Shown here in pieces: positions 20,537-29,728 of a stretch of DNA of 64,000 nt. Numbering within the stretch: position 1 is the stretch's first letter; each line of letters opens with the position of its first letter. The notes beneath the pieces are model-generated. The model had not been told where the DNA came from, did no database searches, and saw nothing but the letters and a program-made list of their open reading frames with translations. The translations under genes were made by a program, and so were the position numbers. Origin of the DNA: Treponemataceae bacterium (lineage in GTDB: Bacteria > Spirochaetota > Spirochaetia > Treponematales > Rectinemataceae); contig CAXXVZ010000005.1 of the NCBI GenBank assembly GCA_963678065.2, forward strand, positions 352,001-416,000, read 5' to 3'.

Positions 20537-21403
20537 TCAGCCTTTCACCGCGCCGCTGGTCAGGCCGGAAATGAATCTTTTGTTCATGATCAGATAGATC
20601 GTGACGATGGGGATGATGGAAAACATGGTGCCTGCCATCATGAGATTCCACTGGCTGGCTCCCTCGCCTCCTGTGTTTTTCAGCGCAACTACACCGACAA
20701 CCAGGGGATAGGTCGCTTTCTTCCCCATCGTGAATACCAGAGGCATCAGGTAATCGTTCCAGCTTGAACGGAAGGTGAGCAGACAGATAGTCGCTATCAT
20801 CGGGGTAACGAGGGGCAGAATTATGTTCCAGTATATCCTGAAGAAGCTGCAGCCATCGATGATCGCCGCTTCATCCAGTTCGAATGGAATGGTCTTCATA
20901 TAGCTGATCGCGATGAACAGATTCATAACGCTGAGACCGAAGATGTTTACGATGATGATTCCGTTGATGTTGTTGATTTTCAGACTGACAGCGGTCCTGA
21001 TCAACGGATAGAGGGTAACGCTGCCGGCCGATAAAAACAGCATGCTCAAAAAGACACCCGTCATCAGTTTCCTGCCCGGAAAATGTCCTCGCTGGAATAC
21101 ATAGGCGGTCATGGTAACGAAAAGCGCCACACCCACTACGCTGAAGACGCTGATATACAGGCTGTTCCAGGTATAGCGGGCAAAATTTCCTATTTTCCAC
21201 GCCTGCCTGTAATTCTCAAGTGTGAATTTCTGGGGAAGGAGGTTGATTCCGCCCAGCAGAATTTCCTGGCTCGATTTGAAAGATGCGGACATTGTATATA
21301 TAAGAGGCAAAAGGGTTATTGCCAAAATCAACAGGAGGAAACCGTACAGAAGTATCCGGAAAAAGAACTTTTCCATTTTTCTGATACCAGCCATGTTCAC
21401 CAC
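20537..21403 (-). CDS. Carbohydrate ABC transporter permease (MalG-like)
   Basis: IPFELDEAAIIDGC EAA loop; WNDYLMP; GLTSGAVKG. Confidence 0.95.
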   Translation of the reverse strand: MVNMAGIRKMEKFFFRILLYGFLLLILAITLLPLIYTMSASFKSSQEILLGGINLLPQKFTLENYRQAWKIGNFARYTWNSLYISVFSVVGVALFVTMTAYVFQRGHFPGRKLMTGVFLSMLFLSAGSVTLYPLIRTAVSLKINNINGIIIVNIFGLSVMNLFIAISYMKTIPFELDEAAIIDGCSFFRIYWNIILPLVTPMIATICLLTFRSSWNDYLMPLVFTMGKKATYPLVVGVVALKNTGGEGASQWNLMMAGTMFSIIPIVTIYLIMNKRFISGLTSGAVKG

Positions 21404-21407
21404 TCCT

Positions 21408-22319
21408 TTAGTTGATCCTGTCGCTGTTTTTGGTGAATTTCAGGTAAAATACTGTGACTATCGCCAAAATGAGAGAGGTGATGACTGCCAATGCAGAACC
21501 GTATCCGAAATCCGGAGAACTCGAGTAGTTCGAATCGAAAAAGAATTTGTAGATGAAAGTCATCATCACTTCCGATTTGCCGGCGGGTCTGCCACCCGTG
21601 AGAACCAGCACAAGGTCCGTTATCTTCAGACTCCCCAACAGCGCGAGCATCACGATCACCTGCAATACAGGCCCCAGCATTGGAATGGTGATGGAGAAAA
21701 ACTTGCTGGTTTCACGTGCGCCATCCATGTCCGCCGATTCGTAGAGCTCTTTAGGAATACTCTGCAAGCCCATGAGGAACATGACCATATTGAGGCCGAA
21801 GTTCTGCCAGATCGAAGCGATACCGAGGATCAGCATCGCGTTTAGCTGTGTGCCGAACCAGTTGATCGGCTCCTTTATCATGCCGATTTTCATCAACAGC
21901 CCATTTATGACGCCGTCATATGCGGCAAAAAGGAACCAGAATATGATTCCGATGATCGCGACGCTCACAACGGCCGGCAGAAAAAAGATTGCCCGGAAAA
22001 AATTGCCGAATCTGATTTTCTTGTTCAAAATATATGCAAGCACCAGCGCGAGAGGCAGTTCGATGCTCAGCTTGCCGATGGCCAGGACAAAGGTGTTCAC
22101 CACCGCTTGCCAGTAACTGATATCCCGCGTAAATGCCCTGGTGAAATTGTAAAAACCGACGAAAGTCTCCTTTGTCATACCATCCCAGCTGTAAACGCAA
22201 AGCCGGAAAACCCAGAGCAATGGATATATGACAAAAACACAGAGTCCTATCGTTGAAGGGGTAATCATCAACCAGGACTGAATCGTATCTTTGCGCCGGT
22301 ACTTATTGACCATTTCCAT
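21408..22319 (-). CDS. Carbohydrate ABC transporter permease (MalF-like)
   Basis: GLQSIPKELYESADMDGA; LTGGRP; FGYGSA. Confidence 0.95.
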   Translation of the reverse strand: MEMVNKYRRKDTIQSWLMITPSTIGLCVFVIYPLLWVFRLCVYSWDGMTKETFVGFYNFTRAFTRDISYWQAVVNTFVLAIGKLSIELPLALVLAYILNKKIRFGNFFRAIFFLPAVVSVAIIGIIFWFLFAAYDGVINGLLMKIGMIKEPINWFGTQLNAMLILGIASIWQNFGLNMVMFLMGLQSIPKELYESADMDGARETSKFFSITIPMLGPVLQVIVMLALLGSLKITDLVLVLTGGRPAGKSEVMMTFIYKFFFDSNYSSSPDFGYGSALAVITSLILAIVTVFYLKFTKNSDRIN

Positions 22320-22328
22320 CTCCTGTGC

Positions 22329-22367
22329 CGCGGAACGTTCCCGATGACGGGTCCGGAACGTTCCGCG
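22329..22367. other. Perfect 13-bp inverted repeat (stem-loop) between SBP and permease
   Basis: CGCGGAACGTTCC (22329-22341) / GGAACGTTCCGCG (22355-22367), 13-nt loop. Confidence 0.7.
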
Positions 22368-22375
22368 CGAATCAA

Positions 22376-23746
22376 TTATTGCAGTCTCTGGTCAGTCTTG
22401 TAAATGTAATCCTCGAGCTGCACTTTCCCGCTCTTGACGGCTCTGTCGAGCGCTTCGTTGTAGCGTTTGTCAAGGTCGGATAAAGCTTCATCGATGGACA
22501 TCTCGCCAGCCCAGACCATATCCAGCACCTTGGGAGCGGACAGGCCTTCGATAGTGATGAGAGAATCCGGGAATGGCTGGAGGCCGTAGCTCTTGCTGAG
22601 ATCGGACATATTTTTCCAGCCCGTCTTCGACTTTACGTTTTTCGCACCGTTGATGATGTCCATTTCAATCGGGATGATGGCGCAATCCTCATAGATTGTC
22701 GTGAGGAATTCTTTGCTATGCAGAAATTTGAACACTTCTACCACGGCCGGAAGATGCGCACTCGTCACGCTTGAGCTGATACTGACCGAGTATCGCTGCA
22801 ACATCGGAGCCTTGTATCTCTGCTTGCTCAAGTCGAACACCGGGAGTTCGCAGATATCCCACTCCATCTTGGCAGGGAATTGGTCATTGTAGACGCCGAT
22901 ATCGTAACTGGGAGCGATCATCATGCCGATACGCCCTTCCGCGAACTGTGCCCGGATCGGATCGATCTGGATGGATTCGGCGCCGGGGAAATAGCTCTTG
23001 TCCGCCTTGATGCCCATCACGAATTCAATCGCCGGCTTGAAGTCCTTGAAACTATAGCGCCCTGTACTGTTGTCAAACCAGAAATGTCCGATCGAAGGAA
23101 TTGCAGCCTTGAAAACCAGCCTGCGCCATGCGGCTGACCATCCGAAGGGCAGACCATATCCGAATTCCTTACCACCACCTGCGTCCGTAATCCGTTTGGC
23201 GTAGGACCGGACTTCATTCCAGGTTTTCGGCGGCGTCGGGTTTCCGGCCTTGTCGACGATCCCCGCTTTCCTGAACAGAGCTTTGTTGTATGCCATTTTT
23301 ATGGGGACCACTTCCAGGGGAAAAGCGTAGGTCTTGCCGCCGAAGCTGAAAAGCTGTTTGACCTGACTGTAAGGCTTGAAGCGCGTCACCAGATCATTCA
23401 GGGCGGGGATGTCTTCAAAGGCCCTGACATAGCCGCCGGAGACAATCTGCGCTTCCACTCCATTCGATAAAAAGAAAAGATCCGCAGGATTTCCGGCCTT
23501 CAGACCGAGCATGAGCAACTGCGAATAATTATCGATATTGGTTTCCATATCGATCTGGATGCCCTTTTCTTTTCCGATGGTTTTGTTGAATCCCGCGACC
23601 TGGTTTTCAAGCAAAGTTTTCCAGGCGCCTACCGACGAAAACAGCGTCACTGTTTCCATTTTTCCAGGGGCGGCAAAGACTGTCCCTCCCACCAAACCCA
23701 GCAGTAGAACCGTGCTCGCAAGCACCCCAAGCAACCTACGATTCAT
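22376..23746 (-). CDS. Carbohydrate ABC transporter substrate-binding protein (CUT1)
   Basis: Signal peptide ending TVFA; YNKALFRKAG; PPKTWNE; FAEGRIGMM. Confidence 0.92.
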   Translation of the reverse strand: MNRRLLGVLASTVLLLGLVGGTVFAAPGKMETVTLFSSVGAWKTLLENQVAGFNKTIGKEKGIQIDMETNIDNYSQLLMLGLKAGNPADLFFLSNGVEAQIVSGGYVRAFEDIPALNDLVTRFKPYSQVKQLFSFGGKTYAFPLEVVPIKMAYNKALFRKAGIVDKAGNPTPPKTWNEVRSYAKRITDAGGGKEFGYGLPFGWSAAWRRLVFKAAIPSIGHFWFDNSTGRYSFKDFKPAIEFVMGIKADKSYFPGAESIQIDPIRAQFAEGRIGMMIAPSYDIGVYNDQFPAKMEWDICELPVFDLSKQRYKAPMLQRYSVSISSSVTSAHLPAVVEVFKFLHSKEFLTTIYEDCAIIPIEMDIINGAKNVKSKTGWKNMSDLSKSYGLQPFPDSLITIEGLSAPKVLDMVWAGEMSIDEALSDLDKRYNEALDRAVKSGKVQLEDYIYKTDQRLQ

Positions 23747-23938
23747 TCGTTACCTCCTGGTAATAAGGAATATATACAACAGGCTACCTCGAAACCCGCA
23801 TTCACCTTTTCTCCCGAATCCCAACACTCTGCCTGTGGCTCATTCCAGACTTCTCTCATTCCTTCCCATTGTCAGCGCCATGCTCAATGCATGCTCGATA
23901 TCGCCACAGGCAAAAAAATCCGATGAATATTTTCATAT

Positions 23939-24040
23939 ATCTTGAGGTGTGAACTATAAACTGTCAAGTAATATTTTTCGAAAAAATACATATGCTATCT
24001 GCTTGACTTTTCGAAACTATCATTCGATAATTTTCGACAA
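23939..24040. promoter_or_regulatory. Back-to-back promoters with TTTTCGAAAA-type operators
   Basis: + strand TTGACT(24003)-17-GATAAT(24026); - strand TTGACA at 23967-23962; TTTTTCGAAAAA 23974-23985, TTTTCGAAA 24008-24016, AATTTTCGACAA 24029-24040. Confidence 0.7.
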
Positions 24041-24117
24041 GATCAGGGTACGCAGCTTTTCTTCATTCTTCAATATGTACCCGTACGCCGCGGTATACAC
24101 TGTGGCTGGAGGTAAAG

Positions 24118-25476
24118 GTGCAGAATCCGAGGGTTGGATTTGTCGGTTTTGGCGAAGTGAACTCGCCACGCGAGCTTTTAACCATGAAGTGTCTGTGTGC
24201 TCGCAAAGAACTTGATGCGATGGGTTTGGAGATAACTACCACCGACCTTGTCACCGACGATGCGCAAGGTCACGATGTGGCGAGGGCAATTGCGGACCTT
24301 GGTACGGGGCACTTCGATGCGATTGTCGTCTGCATAGCGGGGTGGATACCCTCCCACGCGGTTATCAGGGTGCTTTCCGGGTTTCGACACCTTCCGGTAA
24401 TCCTCTGGGGACTCGCGGGACATTATGCCGGTGACAGGCTGGTTACTACCGCGGATCAGGCAGGCACCTCCGCCCTTAGGGGTGTGCTGGAGGATCTGGG
24501 GTACTCGGTCCGCTTTGTATACTCCACACCGGGTGGGGGCAGCGGAGCGGCCAAGGTAGCCATCATCTCCAAGGCAGCTTTCGCCCTCGCAATGCTTCGG
24601 CGCGCACGGGTGGGGATGATGGGCTACCGCGACATGAACCTCTATGGAACGATGTTCGATGGAGTGTCATTGACCAGAATTCTCGGCGTGGAAATCGAGT
24701 TCTTCGAGATGCTCGAAGCTGCGCGACTCATGGAAGCCCAGGAGGCTTCGGCAGTCGAAAAAGTCATACAACGCGTTCGGGAACGATGGACTTTTCTTGC
24801 GGAAGCCACCCGTGATGGGCTTTACAAGGCGGCGGCATGGTATCTCGCACTCGCACAGAAGGCGACAGAAAGAGGGTACCAGGCGATATCGCTGCTCGAT
24901 GTGGATGGCATGAAAAAACTTGCCGGCCTTCCTCCGGCCATGGTTTTCATGCTCCTCGCGGACGAGCTGAATCTCTGCACCATCCCGGAAAACGACTCGC
25001 TTGGCGCGGTGACGCAGCTCATCGTCAGGCAACTCACCGGCCAAGCCGCCGCTTACATGGAATTCTATGAGTTCATGGAGGATCGGGTCCTGATAGGAGT
25101 GCCGGACTACGTGCCATCGGAGGTTGTGGATGGGCCGGTCACCGTGCTCCCTGCCAGTTTCGGGAATTTCCAGGGTGGTCTGTTGAACGTCTCGAAAGTG
25201 AAAACAGGACGCGTTACACTCTCCCGTCTTTTTGCCAGAAATGGTGAATACTCCCTGCACGTCGTCACGGGAGAGGCTGTCACACCGCGCCCGTGGGAGG
25301 AAGCGGGCTGGGCCGCACCGGCGCCGCAGCTTCCCGGCCTGGAAATAATTCTCGATTCTCCTGTGGAAGAATTCGCGCAGAAGGTGATGTCCCAGCATTA
25401 TATAGTGAGCTACGGCGATACGCGGATCCTTCTGGCCGAATTCTGTACCCTGGCGGGCATCAAGCTGGTACAGTGA
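24118..25476 (+). CDS. L-fucose/L-arabinose isomerase-like protein
   Basis: GWIPSH, PVILWG, GMMGYRDMNLY, PENDSLGAVT, KTGRVTLSRL, SQHY. Confidence 0.7.
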   Translation: MQNPRVGFVGFGEVNSPRELLTMKCLCARKELDAMGLEITTTDLVTDDAQGHDVARAIADLGTGHFDAIVVCIAGWIPSHAVIRVLSGFRHLPVILWGLAGHYAGDRLVTTADQAGTSALRGVLEDLGYSVRFVYSTPGGGSGAAKVAIISKAAFALAMLRRARVGMMGYRDMNLYGTMFDGVSLTRILGVEIEFFEMLEAARLMEAQEASAVEKVIQRVRERWTFLAEATRDGLYKAAAWYLALAQKATERGYQAISLLDVDGMKKLAGLPPAMVFMLLADELNLCTIPENDSLGAVTQLIVRQLTGQAAAYMEFYEFMEDRVLIGVPDYVPSEVVDGPVTVLPASFGNFQGGLLNVSKVKTGRVTLSRLFARNGEYSLHVVTGEAVTPRPWEEAGWAAPAPQLPGLEIILDSPVEEFAQKVMSQHYIVSYGDTRILLAEFCTLAGIKLVQ

Positions 25477-25655
25477 CATAATGATGCCTGCCCTTTCTCA
25501 ACGCCGCCCGGCCGTCTTTCCATCTCTCCTTTCCGCGTGCAATAGTGAGGACGCGGCGGAGCAGGCCAAACAACCTGATCCCAAAACTACCCGCACTTAC
25601 GGGCCTGTCCGCAGGACGTTTTTCGCCTTCGGACCCCGGAGGAACGATAGAGAAC

Positions 25656-26663
25656 ATGGTACGATTGAGTGACATAGCCGCATTGACCGGGGTGGGAGTA
25701 GCCACCGTATCGAAGGCACTTCGCGGCAGCAGGGATATCAATCCCCAGACGAGAGAGCGCATCCTGGAAGCGGCACGAAAGCTCGAGTATCTCCCGAGAT
25801 CGGCCGCAAAAACAAAGGAAAACTTCGAAACCGCAGGCTCCATAGGTGTCATCTGCCCGGAAATTCGAAGCGGCTATTATGCCCGGATCGTAACCGCATT
25901 GGAAAAGCAGATACAGCAGGGCGGATACGGAATGATGTTGGGACTCACCGATTTCACCTACGAGCGGGAGGCAAACCTGCTCGAGCATTTCAGGAAGCAA
26001 GGCGTAGCCGGTATTATATGCATCACGGAGGAAGAGAGAATCGAGTATGACCTGCGGACCTTCCGCAGCATCTATAATATCCCTGTGGTTGTCGTCGCCA
26101 CGGTCATCGCTATCGAGGATTTCGACTATGTCAAGGTGAACGACGAATTGAGCGTCCGCATGGCAGTGCGGCATCTCGTCGAGTTGGGTCACTCAGGGAT
26201 TGGCTATATCGGGGACAGCGCCTCCCGCCAGCGAATGGCTGTGTTCGAGGATGCGTTGCGGCAGCATGGAATCCCGATGAGAAATTCGTTTGCCAGAACC
26301 GGCGACGAACGCTTTGAACTTGGAGGCTATCTCAGAATGAAGGAAGTGCTCGCAGAAATCGATCCGCCGACGGCGATGCTCGCGGCCTACGATGATATGG
26401 CAATCGGCGCGATGAGGGCTGTCTACGAGGCCGGGCTCGGGATCCCGACCGATATCTCGATCGTGGGGATCGACGGCATCGAAGTGGGAGGATACCTCTC
26501 GACCACGCTGACCACCGTTGCGGGCAACACCGCCGCGATGGCGGAAACGGCGTGGCACATCCTTTGCAGGAAGATAGGGGACCCACTGTTCACCCTGGTA
26601 CAGCATGTGGAGATAAACCCCGAGCTCCTGGTTCGCCAGTCGACCGGAGCCCCGCCAGCATGA
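25656..26663 (+). CDS. LacI family transcriptional regulator
   Basis: VRLSDIAALTGVGVATVSKAL HTH; IPTDISIVGIDG; LTTV. Confidence 0.94.
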   Translation: MVRLSDIAALTGVGVATVSKALRGSRDINPQTRERILEAARKLEYLPRSAAKTKENFETAGSIGVICPEIRSGYYARIVTALEKQIQQGGYGMMLGLTDFTYEREANLLEHFRKQGVAGIICITEEERIEYDLRTFRSIYNIPVVVVATVIAIEDFDYVKVNDELSVRMAVRHLVELGHSGIGYIGDSASRQRMAVFEDALRQHGIPMRNSFARTGDERFELGGYLRMKEVLAEIDPPTAMLAAYDDMAIGAMRAVYEAGLGIPTDISIVGIDGIEVGGYLSTTLTTVAGNTAAMAETAWHILCRKIGDPLFTLVQHVEINPELLVRQSTGAPPA

Positions 26664-28135
26664 GCATAATCGCCGTCGACCTTGGAACGACGAATATCAA
26701 GGTTTGCCTGTTCGATGACAGTCTGAGGGTTCGTTCCATGGAGAACGAAGCGGTCGTCTATATCCGCAGCAGGAACTTCGTCGAATTCGACGCGGAGTCT
26801 TACTGCGGCAAAGTACTTCGGTGCATCCGTTCGTGCGTCAAAAATGCGGACGGAAAATCCGGAATGATTCATCAGATCGTTTTTACGGGTCAGGCCGAAT
26901 CCCTTGTCGTTCTCGGGCCGGATACGGCTCCCTTGCGCAATGGCATATCATGGATCGATACGCGATCGGAAGCGGAGTGCATAGTTCTTTCCGCGGAATT
27001 TCCGGAGGACATGGCATATCCGGTCACCGGCCAGCCATCCATTATTCCAACGTGGCCGATAACCAAGGTACTCTGGTTGCGAAACAGGGAGCCCGAAACT
27101 TTCAGAAAAGCATGGAAATACCTGCTTCTGAAAGATTACATACTTTTCCGGTTGACAGGCAGGCTCTGCGGAGAGTTCTCGATCTATAATTTCTCGCACT
27201 ATTTCAATATCCATACGAAGCGCTACTGGCGGGAAATCCTGGATTTTTGCGAGATGCGAATCGATCAGCTTCCCGAACTCATCGAACCGCAGACGGTCAT
27301 AGGACAGCTTACCGGGGATGCCGCCGATTCTCTGGAATTGAGCATAGACACGAAAATCAACGCAGGGACGCTGGATCACTTCGCGGGGATGATAGGAACC
27401 GGGAACATTCAGGAAGGAATAATAAGCGAATCCACAGGCACAGTGCTGTCGATAGCGACGATGGTGCACCGTGGCGAATTTACGGATGCGCATATTCCCC
27501 TGCACTATGGACCGTTTCAGGACAGCTATGTCTATCTTCCAGTCTGTGAAAGCGGCGGGATCAGCCTGGAATGGTTCAAAAAAGAATTCCTGCGGGAGAT
27601 GAGCTATGAACAGCTCAATGCAGAGCTGTCAATGAAGAAGCTTCCAGGCGATTTGTTTTTCCTTCCCTATCTTACGGGCGTCAATGCCCCCGATTACAAC
27701 ATGAATGCCCGGGGTGTGTTTTTTGGTTTGCAGATCCATCACGACAGGACGGATTTGGCCCAGGCGGTCATGGAAGGAGTTGCTCATCTCCTGAGAAAGA
27801 ACATTTCGCTTTTCGAACAGGCCGGAGTAAAGGCGACAAACATGATTTCCACCGGCGGCGGAGCGAGATCCGATTATTGGTCGCAAATCAAGGCAGATAT
27901 AACCGGCTATTCCGTTTCGATTCCGGAAAATGAAGAAGCGGCGACTCTGGGAGCAGCTATCATCGGCGCCATCTCGGAAGGTTTTTTCCCCTCTTTCCAG
28001 GACGCGATCAGCAGTGTCGTTTCCATGAAGCGGACTTTTTTACCCCGGGATCCCAATCCGTATGAGGGGAAACATAAAATTTTCGACCTTCTGTATTCTC
28101 AGTTGGGACCGGTGTTCGAAATTGCAGATAAATGA
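26660..28135 (+). CDS. FGGY-family carbohydrate kinase (xylulokinase-like)
   Basis: AVDLGTTNIK, SWIDTRS, GTLDH, ESTGT, FLPYLTG, AVMEGVA, GGGARS; ATGA overlap with LacI. Confidence 0.92.
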   Translation: MSIIAVDLGTTNIKVCLFDDSLRVRSMENEAVVYIRSRNFVEFDAESYCGKVLRCIRSCVKNADGKSGMIHQIVFTGQAESLVVLGPDTAPLRNGISWIDTRSEAECIVLSAEFPEDMAYPVTGQPSIIPTWPITKVLWLRNREPETFRKAWKYLLLKDYILFRLTGRLCGEFSIYNFSHYFNIHTKRYWREILDFCEMRIDQLPELIEPQTVIGQLTGDAADSLELSIDTKINAGTLDHFAGMIGTGNIQEGIISESTGTVLSIATMVHRGEFTDAHIPLHYGPFQDSYVYLPVCESGGISLEWFKKEFLREMSYEQLNAELSMKKLPGDLFFLPYLTGVNAPDYNMNARGVFFGLQIHHDRTDLAQAVMEGVAHLLRKNISLFEQAGVKATNMISTGGGARSDYWSQIKADITGYSVSIPENEEAATLGAAIIGAISEGFFPSFQDAISSVVSMKRTFLPRDPNPYEGKHKIFDLLYSQLGPVFEIADK

Positions 28136-28147
28136 CTGAATCCCGGT

Positions 28148-28185
28148 GGAGGAAGCGGAAGTGCTTCCTCCGCTCCGCGTTTTTA
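28148..28185 (+). terminator. Probable intrinsic terminator
   Basis: GGAGGAAGC-6-GCTTCCTCC hairpin followed within ~10 nt by TTTTT. Confidence 0.55.
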
Positions 28186-28273
28186 TGTACCCCGCACTCC
28201 CGCACCGACAACCTTCCAGGTCTCCAGACTCTCGACCTCCCGGACTCTCGCAATAAAAACAGAATTATCTCTA

Positions 28274-28302
28274 TTGACAAGTAAAACGAAACAATACACA
28301 AT
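28274..28302 (+). promoter_or_regulatory. Putative sigma70 promoter TTGACA-17-CACAAT
   Basis: AT-rich intergenic, perfect -35, upstream of AGGAGG RBS of aminotransferase. Confidence 0.5.
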
Positions 28303-28352
28303 CAATTAGAAACTCAAAAGAAAGAACAGCTTATACTCTTCAGGAGGCAGAC

Positions 28353-29705
28353 ATGTACGATCGAAAGTGGGCAAGTGTCGACATCCGGACCGTCCCATCC
28401 GTGAAAACCGAGCTCCCCGGTCCCAAATCCAGACAGATGCACGCGCGGGCGGCAAAGTATATGAAGGGCTACTCCAGCCAGGTGACGCTCTTCCCCGTCG
28501 CCTTCGAATCGGGGAAGGGCTGCGTCCTGACCGATGTGGACGGCAACGACTTCATCGATTTCTCATCCGGGATCTACGTCACAGGCCTCGGACACTGCCA
28601 TCCCAAGATCAGCGAGGCGGTGAGCGTCTACGCGAACAAGCTGATGAACTGCCACGACTTCACGACCGAAATCAAGATGAGGCTTCTCGAGAAGCTCGCC
28701 TCGGTGACTATGGGCGATCTGAAGGGTTTCCAGCTCTACGATTCGGGGACCACAGCGGTCGAGGCGGGACTCCGCTGCGCCCGGGCGGCCACGGGCAAGT
28801 TCGAGTTCCTCTCGTTCTGGCGGGACTTCCACGGGAAGACGATGGGAGCGGTGAGCTGCGCCATCGTCGACAAGACGCAGGGCATGAGGGCGCCCGGATT
28901 CTTCCTGGCCCCGAGGCCGAACTGCTACCGCTGCCCCTTCAAGACCACGTACCCGGCCTGCAAGCTGCAGTGCGCCGACTTCGTCGAGGATGTCATCAAG
29001 AACGAGACATCGGGTCAGATGGCAGCCATCGTGCTCGAGCCTGTGCAGGGCTGGGGCGGGTCGGTGGTTCCGCCTGACGGGTTCATCCAGCGCATGCGGA
29101 CGATCTGCGACAAGCACAACATGATCCTGATGGCCGACGAGGTACTGAGCGGGATGGGGCGGACGGGGAAGATGTTCGCGATGGAGCACTGGAACACGAC
29201 GCCGGACATCACCACGATCGGCAAGGGATTCGGGAACGGGTTTCCCGTGACGGCGATGTGCGTGAGCGACAAGTACAAGGATGCGATCGAGAAGATAAGC
29301 GCCTCGTCGAGCTACGGAGGAAACCCCATGGCCTGCGCCGCCGCCCTGGCGTCGATAGAAGTGATCGAGGAGGAGCAGCTGTGCGAGCGCTCGGCGCACC
29401 TGGGCGAGCTGTTCCTTGGGCGGATGACGGAGATGAAGGGTCGGCACCCGATCATCGGGGATGTGAGGGGGAAGGGCTGTCTTCTCGCGATGGAGCTGGT
29501 GAAGGACAGGTCGACGAAGGAGCCCTTCGACGAGGCAGGGAAGCTCGTGTACCAGAAAGCCTTCGCCAAAGGACTGGCCTGGGTCCCCTCCGGCCACATC
29601 CTCAGGCTCTCTCCCCCTCTCATCATGGAAGACGACATGGCTCTCAAGGGGCTCGATATCATCGAAGAAGCGGTCGCGGAAGTCGAGAAACATTTCGGAT
29701 ACTGA
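28353..29705 (+). CDS. Class III PLP-dependent aminotransferase (GabT-like)
   Basis: DVDGNDFIDF, FHGKT, EPVQGWGG, DEVLSGMGRTG, PDITTIGKG, SYGGNP, GDVRGKG. Confidence 0.94.
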   Translation: MYDRKWASVDIRTVPSVKTELPGPKSRQMHARAAKYMKGYSSQVTLFPVAFESGKGCVLTDVDGNDFIDFSSGIYVTGLGHCHPKISEAVSVYANKLMNCHDFTTEIKMRLLEKLASVTMGDLKGFQLYDSGTTAVEAGLRCARAATGKFEFLSFWRDFHGKTMGAVSCAIVDKTQGMRAPGFFLAPRPNCYRCPFKTTYPACKLQCADFVEDVIKNETSGQMAAIVLEPVQGWGGSVVPPDGFIQRMRTICDKHNMILMADEVLSGMGRTGKMFAMEHWNTTPDITTIGKGFGNGFPVTAMCVSDKYKDAIEKISASSSYGGNPMACAAALASIEVIEEEQLCERSAHLGELFLGRMTEMKGRHPIIGDVRGKGCLLAMELVKDRSTKEPFDEAGKLVYQKAFAKGLAWVPSGHILRLSPPLIMEDDMALKGLDIIEEAVAEVEKHFGY

Positions 29706-29728
29706 CTCCCGGCCTGAAAGGAAGTGCC

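Noticed and set aside
20537..23746. Absence of an ATPase in the two CUT1 ABC operons
   Set aside because: Normal; such systems commonly share an MsmX/MalK-type ATPase encoded elsewhere
25477..25655. ~180-bp spacer before LacI as possible riboswitch/ncRNA
   Set aside because: No recognisable aptamer consensus or terminator; an Rfam search would be needed
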